Shown here one piece after another: positions 26,812-36,067 of a DNA stretch of 64,000 nucleotides; the first letter of the stretch is position 1; each line of letters starts with the position of its first letter. The notes under the pieces were generated by a model. It had not been told where the DNA came from, did no database searches, and worked only from the letters and a program-made list of their open reading frames with translations. This DNA comes from Bacteroidales bacterium (lineage in GTDB: Bacteria > Bacteroidota > Bacteroidia > Bacteroidales > GCA-2748055), in NCBI GenBank assembly GCA_046485075.1, contig JAWOHR010000212.1, positions 422-64,421 on the forward strand, in the 5' to 3' direction. The position numbers were made by a program, and so were the translations under genes.

Positions 26812-28368
26812 GTGATAACGATAAAAGCGAAGGAGAGCCTGTCCATTCAGGCCGCAGAGGCGATTATACTGAATAGTGAGCCATTCGAACTGGATGCTGG
26901 GAGTCTCACGAAGGTGGAAGAGGGTCTCAATTTCCTGCTGGACTTTTCCGTTGAAAAGATTATATATGGCATTAATACAGGTTTTGGGCCCATGGCCCAG
27001 TATAAAATTGATAAAGATAAACAGGTTGAATTGCAATACAACCTGATACGGAGTCATTCCGCCGGAGCAGGGGAAAAAATCCCCGACCTCTATGTCAAAG
27101 CCTCAATGCTGGTCCGAATGCTTTCCATTATGCAGGGGAAATCGGGTATCCATCCCTCCTGTGTCACCCTGCTTCAATCTTTGATATTGAAGGATGTCTT
27201 TCCCCTGATCCCGGAACACGGTGGTGTGGGTGCAAGCGGTGACCTGGTCCAGCTATCACACATGGCACTGATCCTGATCGGTGAAGGGGAGGTGACTTAC
27301 CAGGGAATCTTAAGACCCACTGCGGAAGTTTTCAATGAACTTGGACTTAAACCGATCCGGGTAGTACTTAGGGAGGGATTGTCCCTGATCAACGGAACCT
27401 CGGTGATGACCGGGATCGGAATTATCAACGTGATTAAAGCTAAGCAGTTGCTGGACTGGTCGCTGGTGGCCTCTGCAATGATCAACGAAATTGTTAACTC
27501 CTTCGATGATCATTTTGCCCAGGAGCTCAACCAGGTGAAAAAGCACAGGGGCCAGGCATATATTGCCCGGACCATGGAGCAGATACTCTCCACCAGTAAA
27601 ATGATCCACAGGCGCGAGGAGTATTTTTACAATAACAACGAGGAGGCCCGCATCTTTAAACGAAGGGTCCAGGAGTATTACTCCCTGCGGTGCATACCAC
27701 AGATTCTTGGAGCTGTTTATGATACCATTCAATATGCAGAAGATGTGGTTGTCAATGAGATGAATTCCGTGAGTGACAACCCCATTGTGGATGTGGAAAA
27801 CAGAAATGTATTTCACGGGGGGAATTTTCACGGCGATTATGTTTCACTGGAGATGGATAAACTCAAGATCGCTGTCACGCGTGTTTCCATGCTTTCAGAG
27901 CGCCACCTGGCATTTTTATGCAATCCGAAACAAAACGAGTTGCTTCCACCTTTTATAAACCTCGGAAAACTGGGCCTTAACCTCGGAATGCAGGGAGTTC
28001 AGTTTACCTCAACTTCCACTGTTGCTGAAAATCAGGCTCTTTCAAACCCTCTTTACGTTCATAGCATTCCTACCAACAATGACAACCAGGATATGGTGAG
28101 TATGGGGACAAATTCAGCACTGATTGCCAAAAGAGTCATCGATAATGCCTACCAGGTTCAAGCCATCGAAATGATTGCCCTGTTGCAGGCAGTTGATTTT
28201 TTAAAGGCAGGAAACAGGCTTTCTGATACCACCCGTAGGTACTATGGCAAGCTGCGTGAATTGGTTCCAATGTTCATCGAGGACAGTCCGATGCATAAGG
28301 ATATTGAAAAGGTGAAATCGTTTCTGTTTAACACCAGGGTCGATCTTCCCGGGAGGGAAAAGGTATGA
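26812..28368 (+). CDS. aromatic amino acid ammonia-lyase (HAL/PAL/TAL family, MIO-dependent); tyrosine ammonia-lyase by context
   Basis: MIO-forming Ala-Ser-Gly triad in GGVGASGDLVQLSH, plus GINTGFGPMA and NNDNQDMVSMG motifs. GTG start. Confidence 0.9.
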   Translation: MITIKAKESLSIQAAEAIILNSEPFELDAGSLTKVEEGLNFLLDFSVEKIIYGINTGFGPMAQYKIDKDKQVELQYNLIRSHSAGAGEKIPDLYVKASMLVRMLSIMQGKSGIHPSCVTLLQSLILKDVFPLIPEHGGVGASGDLVQLSHMALILIGEGEVTYQGILRPTAEVFNELGLKPIRVVLREGLSLINGTSVMTGIGIINVIKAKQLLDWSLVASAMINEIVNSFDDHFAQELNQVKKHRGQAYIARTMEQILSTSKMIHRREEYFYNNNEEARIFKRRVQEYYSLRCIPQILGAVYDTIQYAEDVVVNEMNSVSDNPIVDVENRNVFHGGNFHGDYVSLEMDKLKIAVTRVSMLSERHLAFLCNPKQNELLPPFINLGKLGLNLGMQGVQFTSTSTVAENQALSNPLYVHSIPTNNDNQDMVSMGTNSALIAKRVIDNAYQVQAIEMIALLQAVDFLKAGNRLSDTTRRYYGKLRELVPMFIEDSPMHKDIEKVKSFLFNTRVDLPGREKV

Positions 28369-29093
28369 AGACGGCCTTGGTGACAGGTGGTTCAAGGGGG
28401 ATTGGTAAAGCGATCTCAGTCAGGCTAGGCAGGGATGGCTATCATGTGATCGTAAACTACAGGTCTGACGATACCGCAGCTGCCGAAACCCTTGAAAGGA
28501 TCAGGAACGCGGGAGGGGATGGTGAACTGCTTAAGTTTGATGTTTCCAGTCCGGAGGAGGTAAACCGGGTGCTCGACCAGTGGCACGAGGCCAATCCCGG
28601 AAAACAGATTACCATCCTGGTGAACAACGCTGGTCTCACCAGGGATAATCTGATGGTATTCATGTCGGATCAGGAGTGGAAGGATGTGATGGCGACCAAC
28701 CTGGATAGTTTCTTTTTCATAACCCGGCGACTGCTTCAGAATATGCTGATTGGCAAATGGGGACGTATCGTGAACATTGTCTCCCTCTCGGGACAGAAAG
28801 GAGTGCCAGGTCAGGTAAATTATTCAGCTTCCAAGGGAGCTGTGATTGCAGCCACAAAATCACTGGCCATGGAGGTGGGAAAGAAAAAAGTAACCGTAAA
28901 TGCAGTGGCTCCCGGTTTTATCCGCACCGATATGACGAAAGACATGGATGAAAAACAGCTGTCGGCACTGGTGCCCCTGCGCCGGTTCGGCGAACCTGAA
29001 GAGGTTGCTGAGGTGGTCAGCTTCCTGGTTTCAGACGGCGCCTCATACATCACCGGAGAGACCATATCCGTAAATGGAGGAATGTACAGTTAG
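28365..29093 (+). CDS. 3-oxoacyl-ACP reductase (FabG-like SDR)
   Basis: TGGSRGIGKAI cofactor motif, NNAG, and the catalytic YSASK motif. Confidence 0.9.
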   Translation: MKTALVTGGSRGIGKAISVRLGRDGYHVIVNYRSDDTAAAETLERIRNAGGDGELLKFDVSSPEEVNRVLDQWHEANPGKQITILVNNAGLTRDNLMVFMSDQEWKDVMATNLDSFFFITRRLLQNMLIGKWGRIVNIVSLSGQKGVPGQVNYSASKGAVIAATKSLAMEVGKKKVTVNAVAPGFIRTDMTKDMDEKQLSALVPLRRFGEPEEVAEVVSFLVSDGASYITGETISVNGGMYS

Positions 29094-29094
29094 G

Positions 29095-30321
29095 ATGAAC
29101 AGAAGGGTAGTTATAACAGGCGTGGGGATTTACTCAACCATTGGTAAAAATGCTGAGGAGGTAAAAAATTCATTATACCTGGGAAGTTCCGGTATTGGAA
29201 TTGATCCCCGGCGTGTCGATCTGGGATTCAGGTCAACCCTCACCGGGATACTTGAACGCCCTTCCCTGAAAGGATTGCTTCCCAGGCGCATGCGCATAGG
29301 GATGGCCGAGCAGGGGGAGTACGCCTATATTGCAACCATGGAGGCACTTGAACAGGCGAAGGTCCATATGGATTACCTGGAAAACAATGAAGTGGGGATT
29401 CTTTACGGGAACGACAGTTCTGCAATTCCCGTTATTGAAGCCATCGATATCGTCAGGGAAAAGAGGGATACTACCCTGATTGGTTCAGGCTCCATTTTCC
29501 AGTCAATGAATAGCACCATCACCATGAACCTTGCAGTAATCCTTAAATTGAAAGGGATTAACTTTACAATAAGCGCTGCATGCGCCAGCAGTTCCCATGC
29601 CATCGGCATGGCTCATCTGATGATTTCTCAGGGTCTGCAGGATATGATCATCTGTGGAGGGGGGCAGGAGGTGAATCCCGAATCCATGGGCAGTTTTGAT
29701 GGCCTAAGTGCATTTTCAATCCGCATGGACCAGCCACAGGCGGCATCAAGGCCTTTTGACAGGGACAGGGATGGCCTGGTTCCCAGTGGGGGCGCAGCCA
29801 CGCTGGTTGTTGAGTCTCTGCAGTCGGCACTGTCCAGGGGTGCGGATATACTGGGGGAGATCAGGGGCTATGGATTTTCCTCCAATGGAGATCATATTTC
29901 GGTACCAAACGTCGACGGCCCGACACGATCACTGGAGCGGTGCCTGAAACATGCCGGAATGGTTCCTTCTGAAATCGACTACGTAAATGCGCATGCCACC
30001 TCCACTCCCGTTGGCGATAGCAACGAGGCGATTGCCCTGGCCAATGTATTTGGTGAAAAGGGTGTACCGGTCAGCTCCACCAAATCCATGACAGGGCACG
30101 AGATGTGGATGGGTGGGGCAAGTGAGGTGATCTACTCCCTGCTTATGATGCAGAACTCATTCATCGCTCCAAACATCAATTTTGAAAATCCTGATGAAGC
30201 ATCGGCAAGATTGAACATTATTGCCAGGAAAACCGATTATAATATAGAGGCATTTTTGTCTAACTCTTTTGGTTTCGGAGGGACAAATTCCTCTTTAATT
30301 GTATCAAAATACAGGAAATAG
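29095..30321 (+). CDS. beta-ketoacyl-ACP synthase (KAS I/II type, Cys-His-His)
   Basis: Active-site Cys (ISAACASSSHAI) and His motifs (NAHATSTPVGD, TGHEMWMGGA). Start moved to the ATG (MNRRVVITGVG). Confidence 0.9.
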   Translation: MNRRVVITGVGIYSTIGKNAEEVKNSLYLGSSGIGIDPRRVDLGFRSTLTGILERPSLKGLLPRRMRIGMAEQGEYAYIATMEALEQAKVHMDYLENNEVGILYGNDSSAIPVIEAIDIVREKRDTTLIGSGSIFQSMNSTITMNLAVILKLKGINFTISAACASSSHAIGMAHLMISQGLQDMIICGGGQEVNPESMGSFDGLSAFSIRMDQPQAASRPFDRDRDGLVPSGGAATLVVESLQSALSRGADILGEIRGYGFSSNGDHISVPNVDGPTRSLERCLKHAGMVPSEIDYVNAHATSTPVGDSNEAIALANVFGEKGVPVSSTKSMTGHEMWMGGASEVIYSLLMMQNSFIAPNINFENPDEASARLNIIARKTDYNIEAFLSNSFGFGGTNSSLIVSKYRK

Positions 30322-30337
30322 CTAACTTACACGTGAA

Positions 30338-30577
30338 ATGCAAAGGGCAGAGATAATAGAGAAAGTAAATGAGTTTTTAATGGATGAGTTTGAGATCGAG
30401 GAGAGTGCCCTGGGTCCGGATGCTCATCTGATTGATGACCTGGGGATTGAAAGCCTTGATTTTGTGGATATTGTTGTAACCATCGAAAAGGAATTCGGGT
30501 TTAAAGTGAAAAGGGAAGAGATCACCAATGTTCGCACCCTGAATGATCTTTACGGATATATTGAGAAGCGGGTGTGA
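30338..30577 (+). CDS. acyl carrier protein
   Basis: 79 aa and acidic, with a phosphopantetheine-attachment context (DDLGIESLDFVDIV). Confidence 0.85.
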   Translation: MQRAEIIEKVNEFLMDEFEIEESALGPDAHLIDDLGIESLDFVDIVVTIEKEFGFKVKREEITNVRTLNDLYGYIEKRV

Positions 30578-30601
30578 CCACCCGTCCAATCTAATCGATG
30601 T

Positions 30602-31498
30602 GTGATGCCCGGATGGTCTGGAAAATCAAAAGGAGGGGCACTGGGGTACCGGATCTTTCTCTTACTGATCAGGCACACCCGTATTCATGTTACCTATTAT
30701 TTTATCAGGATCGTTGCACTCTATTACCTCCTTTTTTCAGATAAAAGGAGTCTGAGGTACTATTTTCGATCCATTCACGGTTATAGCCGTTGCTCCACCC
30801 TGAGGAGTATCTATCAGAATTACTGCCTGCTTGGAGAGGTACTGGTGGATAAAGTGGCCATGTTGTCGGGTGCAAAAACGGACTATTCCTTCCATTTCGA
30901 AGGCGAAGAGCATCTTCAGACCATGAGTTCCATGGGAAAGGGTGGTGTTCTCATCGGTGCGCACATGGGGAACTGGGAGGTGGCCGGACAACTGCTTGAA
31001 AGAATTGATACGCCTGTGAATATTGTGATGCGGGAAGCGGAACATGAGCAGATCAGGAAGTTGCTTGAGGAGGTGATGGTAAACAGGAACCTCAGGGTCA
31101 TTCCCCAGAAGGAGGACTATTCCCACCTGTTCCTCATTGATGAAGCCCTTAAAAATCATGAATTTGTGGTCTTACACGGAGACAGGTATACACAGGGTGC
31201 CAATACCGTTTCCGTTTCTTTCATGGGTAAACCGGCGCGCTTTCCGTCGGGACCGATCTACCTGGCCAGCAAAAGGGGTGTGCCTGTCTCTTTTGTATTC
31301 ACCCTCAAAGAGGGGAAAACACATTATCACTTCTATGCCACCCCCGGGAAAGTATATCCTTATCCGGCGCGGATCAAAACACGGTTGGCAGAAATCCACC
31401 AGATGGTGGAATCATATGTCCGGTCTCTGGAGAAAATGGTCAGAAAATACCCCCTTCAATGGTTTAATTACTACGCTTTCTGGGAAGAGGAGATTTAG
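30602..31498 (+). CDS. LpxL/HtrB-like lysophospholipid acyltransferase (LPLAT)
   Basis: N-terminal TM helix and an LpxL-type catalytic dyad context (GAHMGNWEVAG). Confidence 0.75.
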   Translation: MMPGWSGKSKGGALGYRIFLLLIRHTRIHVTYYFIRIVALYYLLFSDKRSLRYYFRSIHGYSRCSTLRSIYQNYCLLGEVLVDKVAMLSGAKTDYSFHFEGEEHLQTMSSMGKGGVLIGAHMGNWEVAGQLLERIDTPVNIVMREAEHEQIRKLLEEVMVNRNLRVIPQKEDYSHLFLIDEALKNHEFVVLHGDRYTQGANTVSVSFMGKPARFPSGPIYLASKRGVPVSFVFTLKEGKTHYHFYATPGKVYPYPARIKTRLAEIHQMVESYVRSLEKMVRKYPLQWFNYYAFWEEEI

Positions 31499-31567
31499 TT
31501 AAATGATACGTTGCAGAAAGATTGAAAAAATGGTGCTAAATTCACTGCGAAAGATGAAAGTCAGGAT

Positions 31568-32641
31568 ATGAAACTTAACTACGGATCTGATAAAAAGTCC
31601 GCTTTACAGGCAAAATTCGATGCCCAGAAAATAGCTTTTGGGCCAATCATGTTCCAGGCGGCCAGAACCCTGAGAGATCTTGGCATTCTGGGTCTGATCC
31701 GTTCCCACAGGAGCGAAGGAATAGGGATGGAGGAGATTGCCCGTGAGCTTGACCTGAGCCTTTACGGAGTAAAAGTTCTGCTGGAGGCGGGACTAAGCAT
31801 GGAACTTCTTATGGTGCAGGAGGGCAGGTTCAGAATCACCAAAACCGGTTGGCACATTCTTAGCGATGAGCTCACCAATGTCAATATGGATTTTACGCAT
31901 TACGTGAACTATCTGGGAATGTATAGCCTGGATGAATCGATCCGTACCGGGACCCCAACCGGTCTGAAGAATTTTGGTGAGTGGGATACCCTTTATGAGG
32001 GACTCAGCCAGTTTCCCCCACAGGTGCAGAAGAGCTGGTTTGCCTTTGATCACTTCTATTCCGACTACTCCTTTTCGGAGATATTGCCACTGGTTCTAAC
32101 CCCCGGGGTAAGGCAGATCCTTGATGTGGGGGGCAATACAGGGAAATTTGCAATCCGTTGTGCCAGGTGGAACGAAGATGTGCATATCACCATCCTGGAT
32201 CTTCCCGGACAACTTGAAAAAGCCATGACCAGTATCGATCATGAGGGGTTATCAAGCCGCATCACCTGTATTCCCATTAACCTCCTTGACCATTCCAGAA
32301 ATTTCCCCGGGGGTATGGATGTGATCTGGATGAGTCAGTTCCTGGATTGTTTTTCAAAGGAGGATATTTTGGAATTATTGCGTCGCAGCAGGGAGGCGAT
32401 GGGGAGCCATTCAGCACTCTTTATCATGGAGTTGCTGTGGGATCGTCAGAAATTTGAAGCGTCCACCTACAGCCTGCATGCCACATCGCTTTACTTCTCT
32501 AATATTGCCAATGGATGCAGCCAGATGTACCATTCTGATGATTTACTTGAACTGATTGAGCAATCGGGCATGATGGTAGAGGATTCCTATGATTACATCG
32601 GCATCAGCCATACGCTCCTCAAATGCAGGCTGAAGTCGTGA
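31568..32641 (+). CDS. class I SAM-dependent (O-)methyltransferase with an N-terminal dimerisation/winged-helix domain
   Basis: SAM motif I (ILDVGGNTGKFA) and a plant/actinomycete OMT-like architecture. Confidence 0.8.
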   Translation: MKLNYGSDKKSALQAKFDAQKIAFGPIMFQAARTLRDLGILGLIRSHRSEGIGMEEIARELDLSLYGVKVLLEAGLSMELLMVQEGRFRITKTGWHILSDELTNVNMDFTHYVNYLGMYSLDESIRTGTPTGLKNFGEWDTLYEGLSQFPPQVQKSWFAFDHFYSDYSFSEILPLVLTPGVRQILDVGGNTGKFAIRCARWNEDVHITILDLPGQLEKAMTSIDHEGLSSRITCIPINLLDHSRNFPGGMDVIWMSQFLDCFSKEDILELLRRSREAMGSHSALFIMELLWDRQKFEASTYSLHATSLYFSNIANGCSQMYHSDDLLELIEQSGMMVEDSYDYIGISHTLLKCRLKS

Positions 32642-33066
32642 ATAAAAAGAAACTTTCAGATTTGGATATCCTGCAGTTCATTCCCCAGCGTGACCCAATG
32701 GTTATGGTTTCGGGACTTCAATGGGCCAGCGATCACGCAGTCACCACCTGGTTTCTGATTAAAGAGGGGAATATATTTCTGAAGGATGGACGATTGCGGG
32801 AAGAGGGTCTCATTGAAAATATTGCCCAGAGCGGTGCTGCCATGATTGGTTACCGTGCCATGGTTAACAAAGAGCCGATAAAGAATGGCTATATTGGGGG
32901 TATTAAAAATCTGGAGGTACACTCGCTGCCGGAAACGGGAGTCCGGCTGACCACATCGGTCACTGAAACCTATCATGTAATGGATACCAGCATTATTGTT
33001 GGAGAGGTTAGGGTCGATGATCAGCTGATAGCCAGGTGTGAAATGAAAGTATTTTTGCAACCATAA
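32623..33066 (+). CDS. hotdog-fold dehydratase (ApeI-like)
   Basis: 147 aa. The FIPQRDPMVMV N-terminal motif resembles aryl-polyene cluster dehydratases. Assignment rests on size, motif and context. Confidence 0.55.
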   Translation: MQAEVVNKKKLSDLDILQFIPQRDPMVMVSGLQWASDHAVTTWFLIKEGNIFLKDGRLREEGLIENIAQSGAAMIGYRAMVNKEPIKNGYIGGIKNLEVHSLPETGVRLTTSVTETYHVMDTSIIVGEVRVDDQLIARCEMKVFLQP

Positions 33067-33076
33067 AAAATTTCAT

Positions 33077-33679
33077 ATGAAAAAACTCACCTTATTCATT
33101 CTGATTGGAACCCTATGGTTTTCCTGCCAGGCAGCCGGGCCCTCCCAGGTCACCGATGAACTGGTTTGGTTTGGTATTGATTACACCCTGGTGAAATTTA
33201 TCGGTACATCGGACCAGTTCAGTGATCTCCCGAAAATTCAGAGTTACTATTTCCGGAGCTGGAATGAATTGATTCTGGCTGAAAAGGATAAGTACGACCT
33301 GAACAGTGCATTTTCCATGGCGACCATACACTATAATATGGAGAACACCATTTTACGAAGTGAGCAAAGGGTTATGGATGGAATTGTGCAGCATAACGAT
33401 TACACCATTGATGAAGATCAGGTAAAAAACGTGGTCAGTTTAAATTTGGATCCTTCCGTGAATCAGGTGGGCGCCATTTTTGTCATGGAGACCCTCAACA
33501 AAACTGAGGAAATCTCGACCATGTGGCTGGCTGTTTTTAATATTGCATCAGGCGAGATTCTTTACATGAGAAAGTACAGTGGCGCAGTGGGCGGCTTCGG
33601 ATTCCGTAACTATTATGCAAAGAGTTATTACAATGTAATTCAAAACCTGAGGGTGGTACCCAGAAACCCTGCAAAGTGA
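33077..33679 (+). CDS. hypothetical lipoprotein
   Basis: Signal peptide with a Cys (LIGTLWFSCQ). No recognisable family. Embedded in the operon with a 4-nt stop/start overlap to the next gene. Confidence 0.5.
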   Translation: MKKLTLFILIGTLWFSCQAAGPSQVTDELVWFGIDYTLVKFIGTSDQFSDLPKIQSYYFRSWNELILAEKDKYDLNSAFSMATIHYNMENTILRSEQRVMDGIVQHNDYTIDEDQVKNVVSLNLDPSVNQVGAIFVMETLNKTEEISTMWLAVFNIASGEILYMRKYSGAVGGFGFRNYYAKSYYNVIQNLRVVPRNPAK

Positions 33680-34107
33680 AGATCACAGAATTAACCGATA
33701 AAACTGAAACCACCGTGCGCTTCAGTGAGGTGGATGCCATGGGCATCGTCTGGCACGGAAATTTTGTTAAATATATGGAAGATGGTCGCGAATCGTTTGG
33801 ACGAACATACGGTCTGGGCTATTATGACCTTTATGAACAGGGCTTACTGGTCCCCCTTGTAAAGATGGATATCAGTTACAAATTACAGGTGAAGTACGGA
33901 GAACGCATTTTAATTGAAACCACCTGGGTGAACTGCGATGCCGCTAAAATCCTTTTCAGGTACAGGATCTGTCGTGCAACCGACAACGCACTATTGATGT
34001 CGGCATCCACAACACAGGTATTCCTCAATTTGAAGGGGGAACTGGAACTGACCAACCCGCAGTTTTTCCTGGAGTGGAAAAAGAGGAACAGAATTGAGAC
34101 CCGGTGA
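33676..34107 (+). CDS. 4HBT/YbgC-type acyl-CoA/ACP thioesterase
   Basis: VRFSEVDAMGIVWHGNFVKYMEDGR is typical of 4HBT hotdog thioesterases. Confidence 0.8.
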   Translation: MKITELTDKTETTVRFSEVDAMGIVWHGNFVKYMEDGRESFGRTYGLGYYDLYEQGLLVPLVKMDISYKLQVKYGERILIETTWVNCDAAKILFRYRICRATDNALLMSASTTQVFLNLKGELELTNPQFFLEWKKRNRIETR

Positions 34108-35255
34108 TATCTAAAATGATTCAAACCTACCTGGAAAATAGCAACATTATCTCTCCCCTGGGATGGAATACGCGTCAGAACCTCCAATCGGTGCTGTCGG
34201 GTAGGGAGGGTATACGTATCTGCAATGACCGGAGCCTTTCACCGGTAGATCTGCCCATAGCACGCCTTGATTGGGACGAACTGGAAAGACGCTTCCATGA
34301 GATGATAGCCCGGGATGCAAAGGAACAATTCACCCGGTTTGAGAAGATGGGGATTCTCTCCATAAAAGATACAATTACGGATTCTGAGGTGGACCCGGCC
34401 GACCCGGAAACCGCCTTGATTCTTGCTACCACAAAGGGAAATGTCGAATTATTGGATCACCCGGCCGGATTTGAAAAAGAGCGGCTGCATCTCTGGAAAT
34501 CTGCAGAGGTGATCGCACGCTTTTTTGGTATAAAAACCCGGCCTGTGGTTGTTTCCAATGCATGTGTTTCCGGAGTGTCGGCAATGCTGGTCGGCCGGCA
34601 AATGATCTCCTCGGGGCGTTGCAAACATGCCCTTGTTCTGGGTGCTGACACCGTCTCGAAGTTCATTTTATCCGGATTTCAATCCTTTAAGTCTTTGAGC
34701 AATGAGCCATGCAAACCCTTTGACCATCAGCGAAATGGTCTCACTCTTGGAGAGGGGGCAGCTTCAGTGGTGATCTCCGGTATGCATGGACAGGTGGAAT
34801 TGGTCTCGGGATCAACCAGTAACGATGCAAATCATATCTCCGGTCCATCTCGTAACGGAGATGGATTGTTGCTGGCTATTATGAACACGATCAAAGGGCA
34901 AGGTCTGCCCGGGATTATTTCGGCACATGGTACCGCAACCCTTTACAACGATGAGATGGAGTCCATTGCAATTACCCGGGCCGGACTGGCAGGGGTGGCT
35001 GTAAACAGTCTGAAGGGGTACTTCGGACATACACTGGGTGCTGCAGGAATCCTGGAGAGCATTGTCAACATTGAAGCGATGAAGCTGGGGCTTTTTCCCG
35101 CCACCAAAGGTTATTCCACTCTGGGAGTATCAGGGGAGATAAATGTTTCAAACCAGAGCGGGGTGATAGAAGCTGGCTCTATGCTTAAAATTGCATCAGG
35201 ATTTGGTGGCTGCAATGCCGCGGCCCTCTTTACATTGAGATCATGGAGATCGTAA
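34104..35255 (+). CDS. beta-ketoacyl synthase (Cys-His-His type)
   Basis: Cys (VSNACVSGVSAM) and His motifs (SAHGTATLYND, FGHTLGAAG). Confidence 0.8.
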   Translation: MISKMIQTYLENSNIISPLGWNTRQNLQSVLSGREGIRICNDRSLSPVDLPIARLDWDELERRFHEMIARDAKEQFTRFEKMGILSIKDTITDSEVDPADPETALILATTKGNVELLDHPAGFEKERLHLWKSAEVIARFFGIKTRPVVVSNACVSGVSAMLVGRQMISSGRCKHALVLGADTVSKFILSGFQSFKSLSNEPCKPFDHQRNGLTLGEGAASVVISGMHGQVELVSGSTSNDANHISGPSRNGDGLLLAIMNTIKGQGLPGIISAHGTATLYNDEMESIAITRAGLAGVAVNSLKGYFGHTLGAAGILESIVNIEAMKLGLFPATKGYSTLGVSGEINVSNQSGVIEAGSMLKIASGFGGCNAAALFTLRSWRS

Positions 35256-35806
35256 ACCACATCAGGATCATCAATGGAGAGGTCCGTGTAAACGACATAT
35301 CCCGGTTTAGTCATGCCGACAGAGAACTTAAATCATTTGGAAGGAGCCTGTATAAACATCTCGGAATCTCCTATGCCAAGTTCTATAAGATGTCGCCCCT
35401 GAGCCAACTGGGATTCCTGGCTTCGGAAATGATCCTGGCCGGGCAGAATCTCTCCAGAGTGGATCTTGAAAAAGTCTCCATTGTGATTGCAAACTCATCC
35501 TCCTCCATTCATACGGACAGGATTTACCAGGAAACAGTGGAATCCACCCCAAGCCCGGCTATATTTGTATACACACTACCTAACATTGTGATCGGTGAGA
35601 TATGCATCCGGAACGGTTTTAAAGGAGATGGGGTCTTTTTTATACAGGAAAGTTTTGATAAAGAGTTTATATTTGAACATGCTGAATCGCTGATTCATTC
35701 AGGTCGTTCAGCCCTTTGCCTTGCAGGCTGGCTGGAAGTGGATCTGGAGGGGGATTATCTTGCCGATCTCTCGCTGTTGAAAGGAGAATGGCAATTAAAT
35801 GTATGA
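35243..35806 (+). CDS. stand-alone ketosynthase N-terminal-half-like protein without a catalytic Cys
   Basis: 187 aa. The pattern PSPAIFVYTLPNIVIGEICIRNGFKG resembles the region before the KS active site, but no Cys follows it. Confidence 0.45.
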   Translation: MEIVNHIRIINGEVRVNDISRFSHADRELKSFGRSLYKHLGISYAKFYKMSPLSQLGFLASEMILAGQNLSRVDLEKVSIVIANSSSSIHTDRIYQETVESTPSPAIFVYTLPNIVIGEICIRNGFKGDGVFFIQESFDKEFIFEHAESLIHSGRSALCLAGWLEVDLEGDYLADLSLLKGEWQLNV

Positions 35807-35809
35807 ATT

Positions 35810-36064
35810 ATGGATGAATTGATTGAAAAACTGAAAGCAGAATTGATTGAACATCTCAACCTTGAAGATATGGAGCCCCGTGACATCGATGCTGAAGCAC
35901 CCCTGTTTGGAGACGGTTTGGGACTCGACTCCATCGATGCCCTGGAGATTATTGTTCTTTTGGAGAAAGAGTATGATATCAAAATCAGCGATCCGCGTGA
36001 GGGCAAGGATATCATGTACTCGGTGGGTACACTTGCCAGGTTTATTGAAGGTAACCGAAAATAG
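35810..36064 (+). CDS. acyl carrier protein
   Basis: 84 aa with a DSL-type attachment site (GLGLDSIDALEIIV). Confidence 0.85.
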   Translation: MDELIEKLKAELIEHLNLEDMEPRDIDAEAPLFGDGLGLDSIDALEIIVLLEKEYDIKISDPREGKDIMYSVGTLARFIEGNRK

Positions 36065-36067
36065 AGC

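Noticed and set aside
26782-27057. 91-aa minus-strand ORF crossing the lyase start and the divergent promoter
   Set aside because: It overlaps the conserved N-terminus of the ammonia-lyase and would leave the minus operon without a promoter region. It has no motifs.
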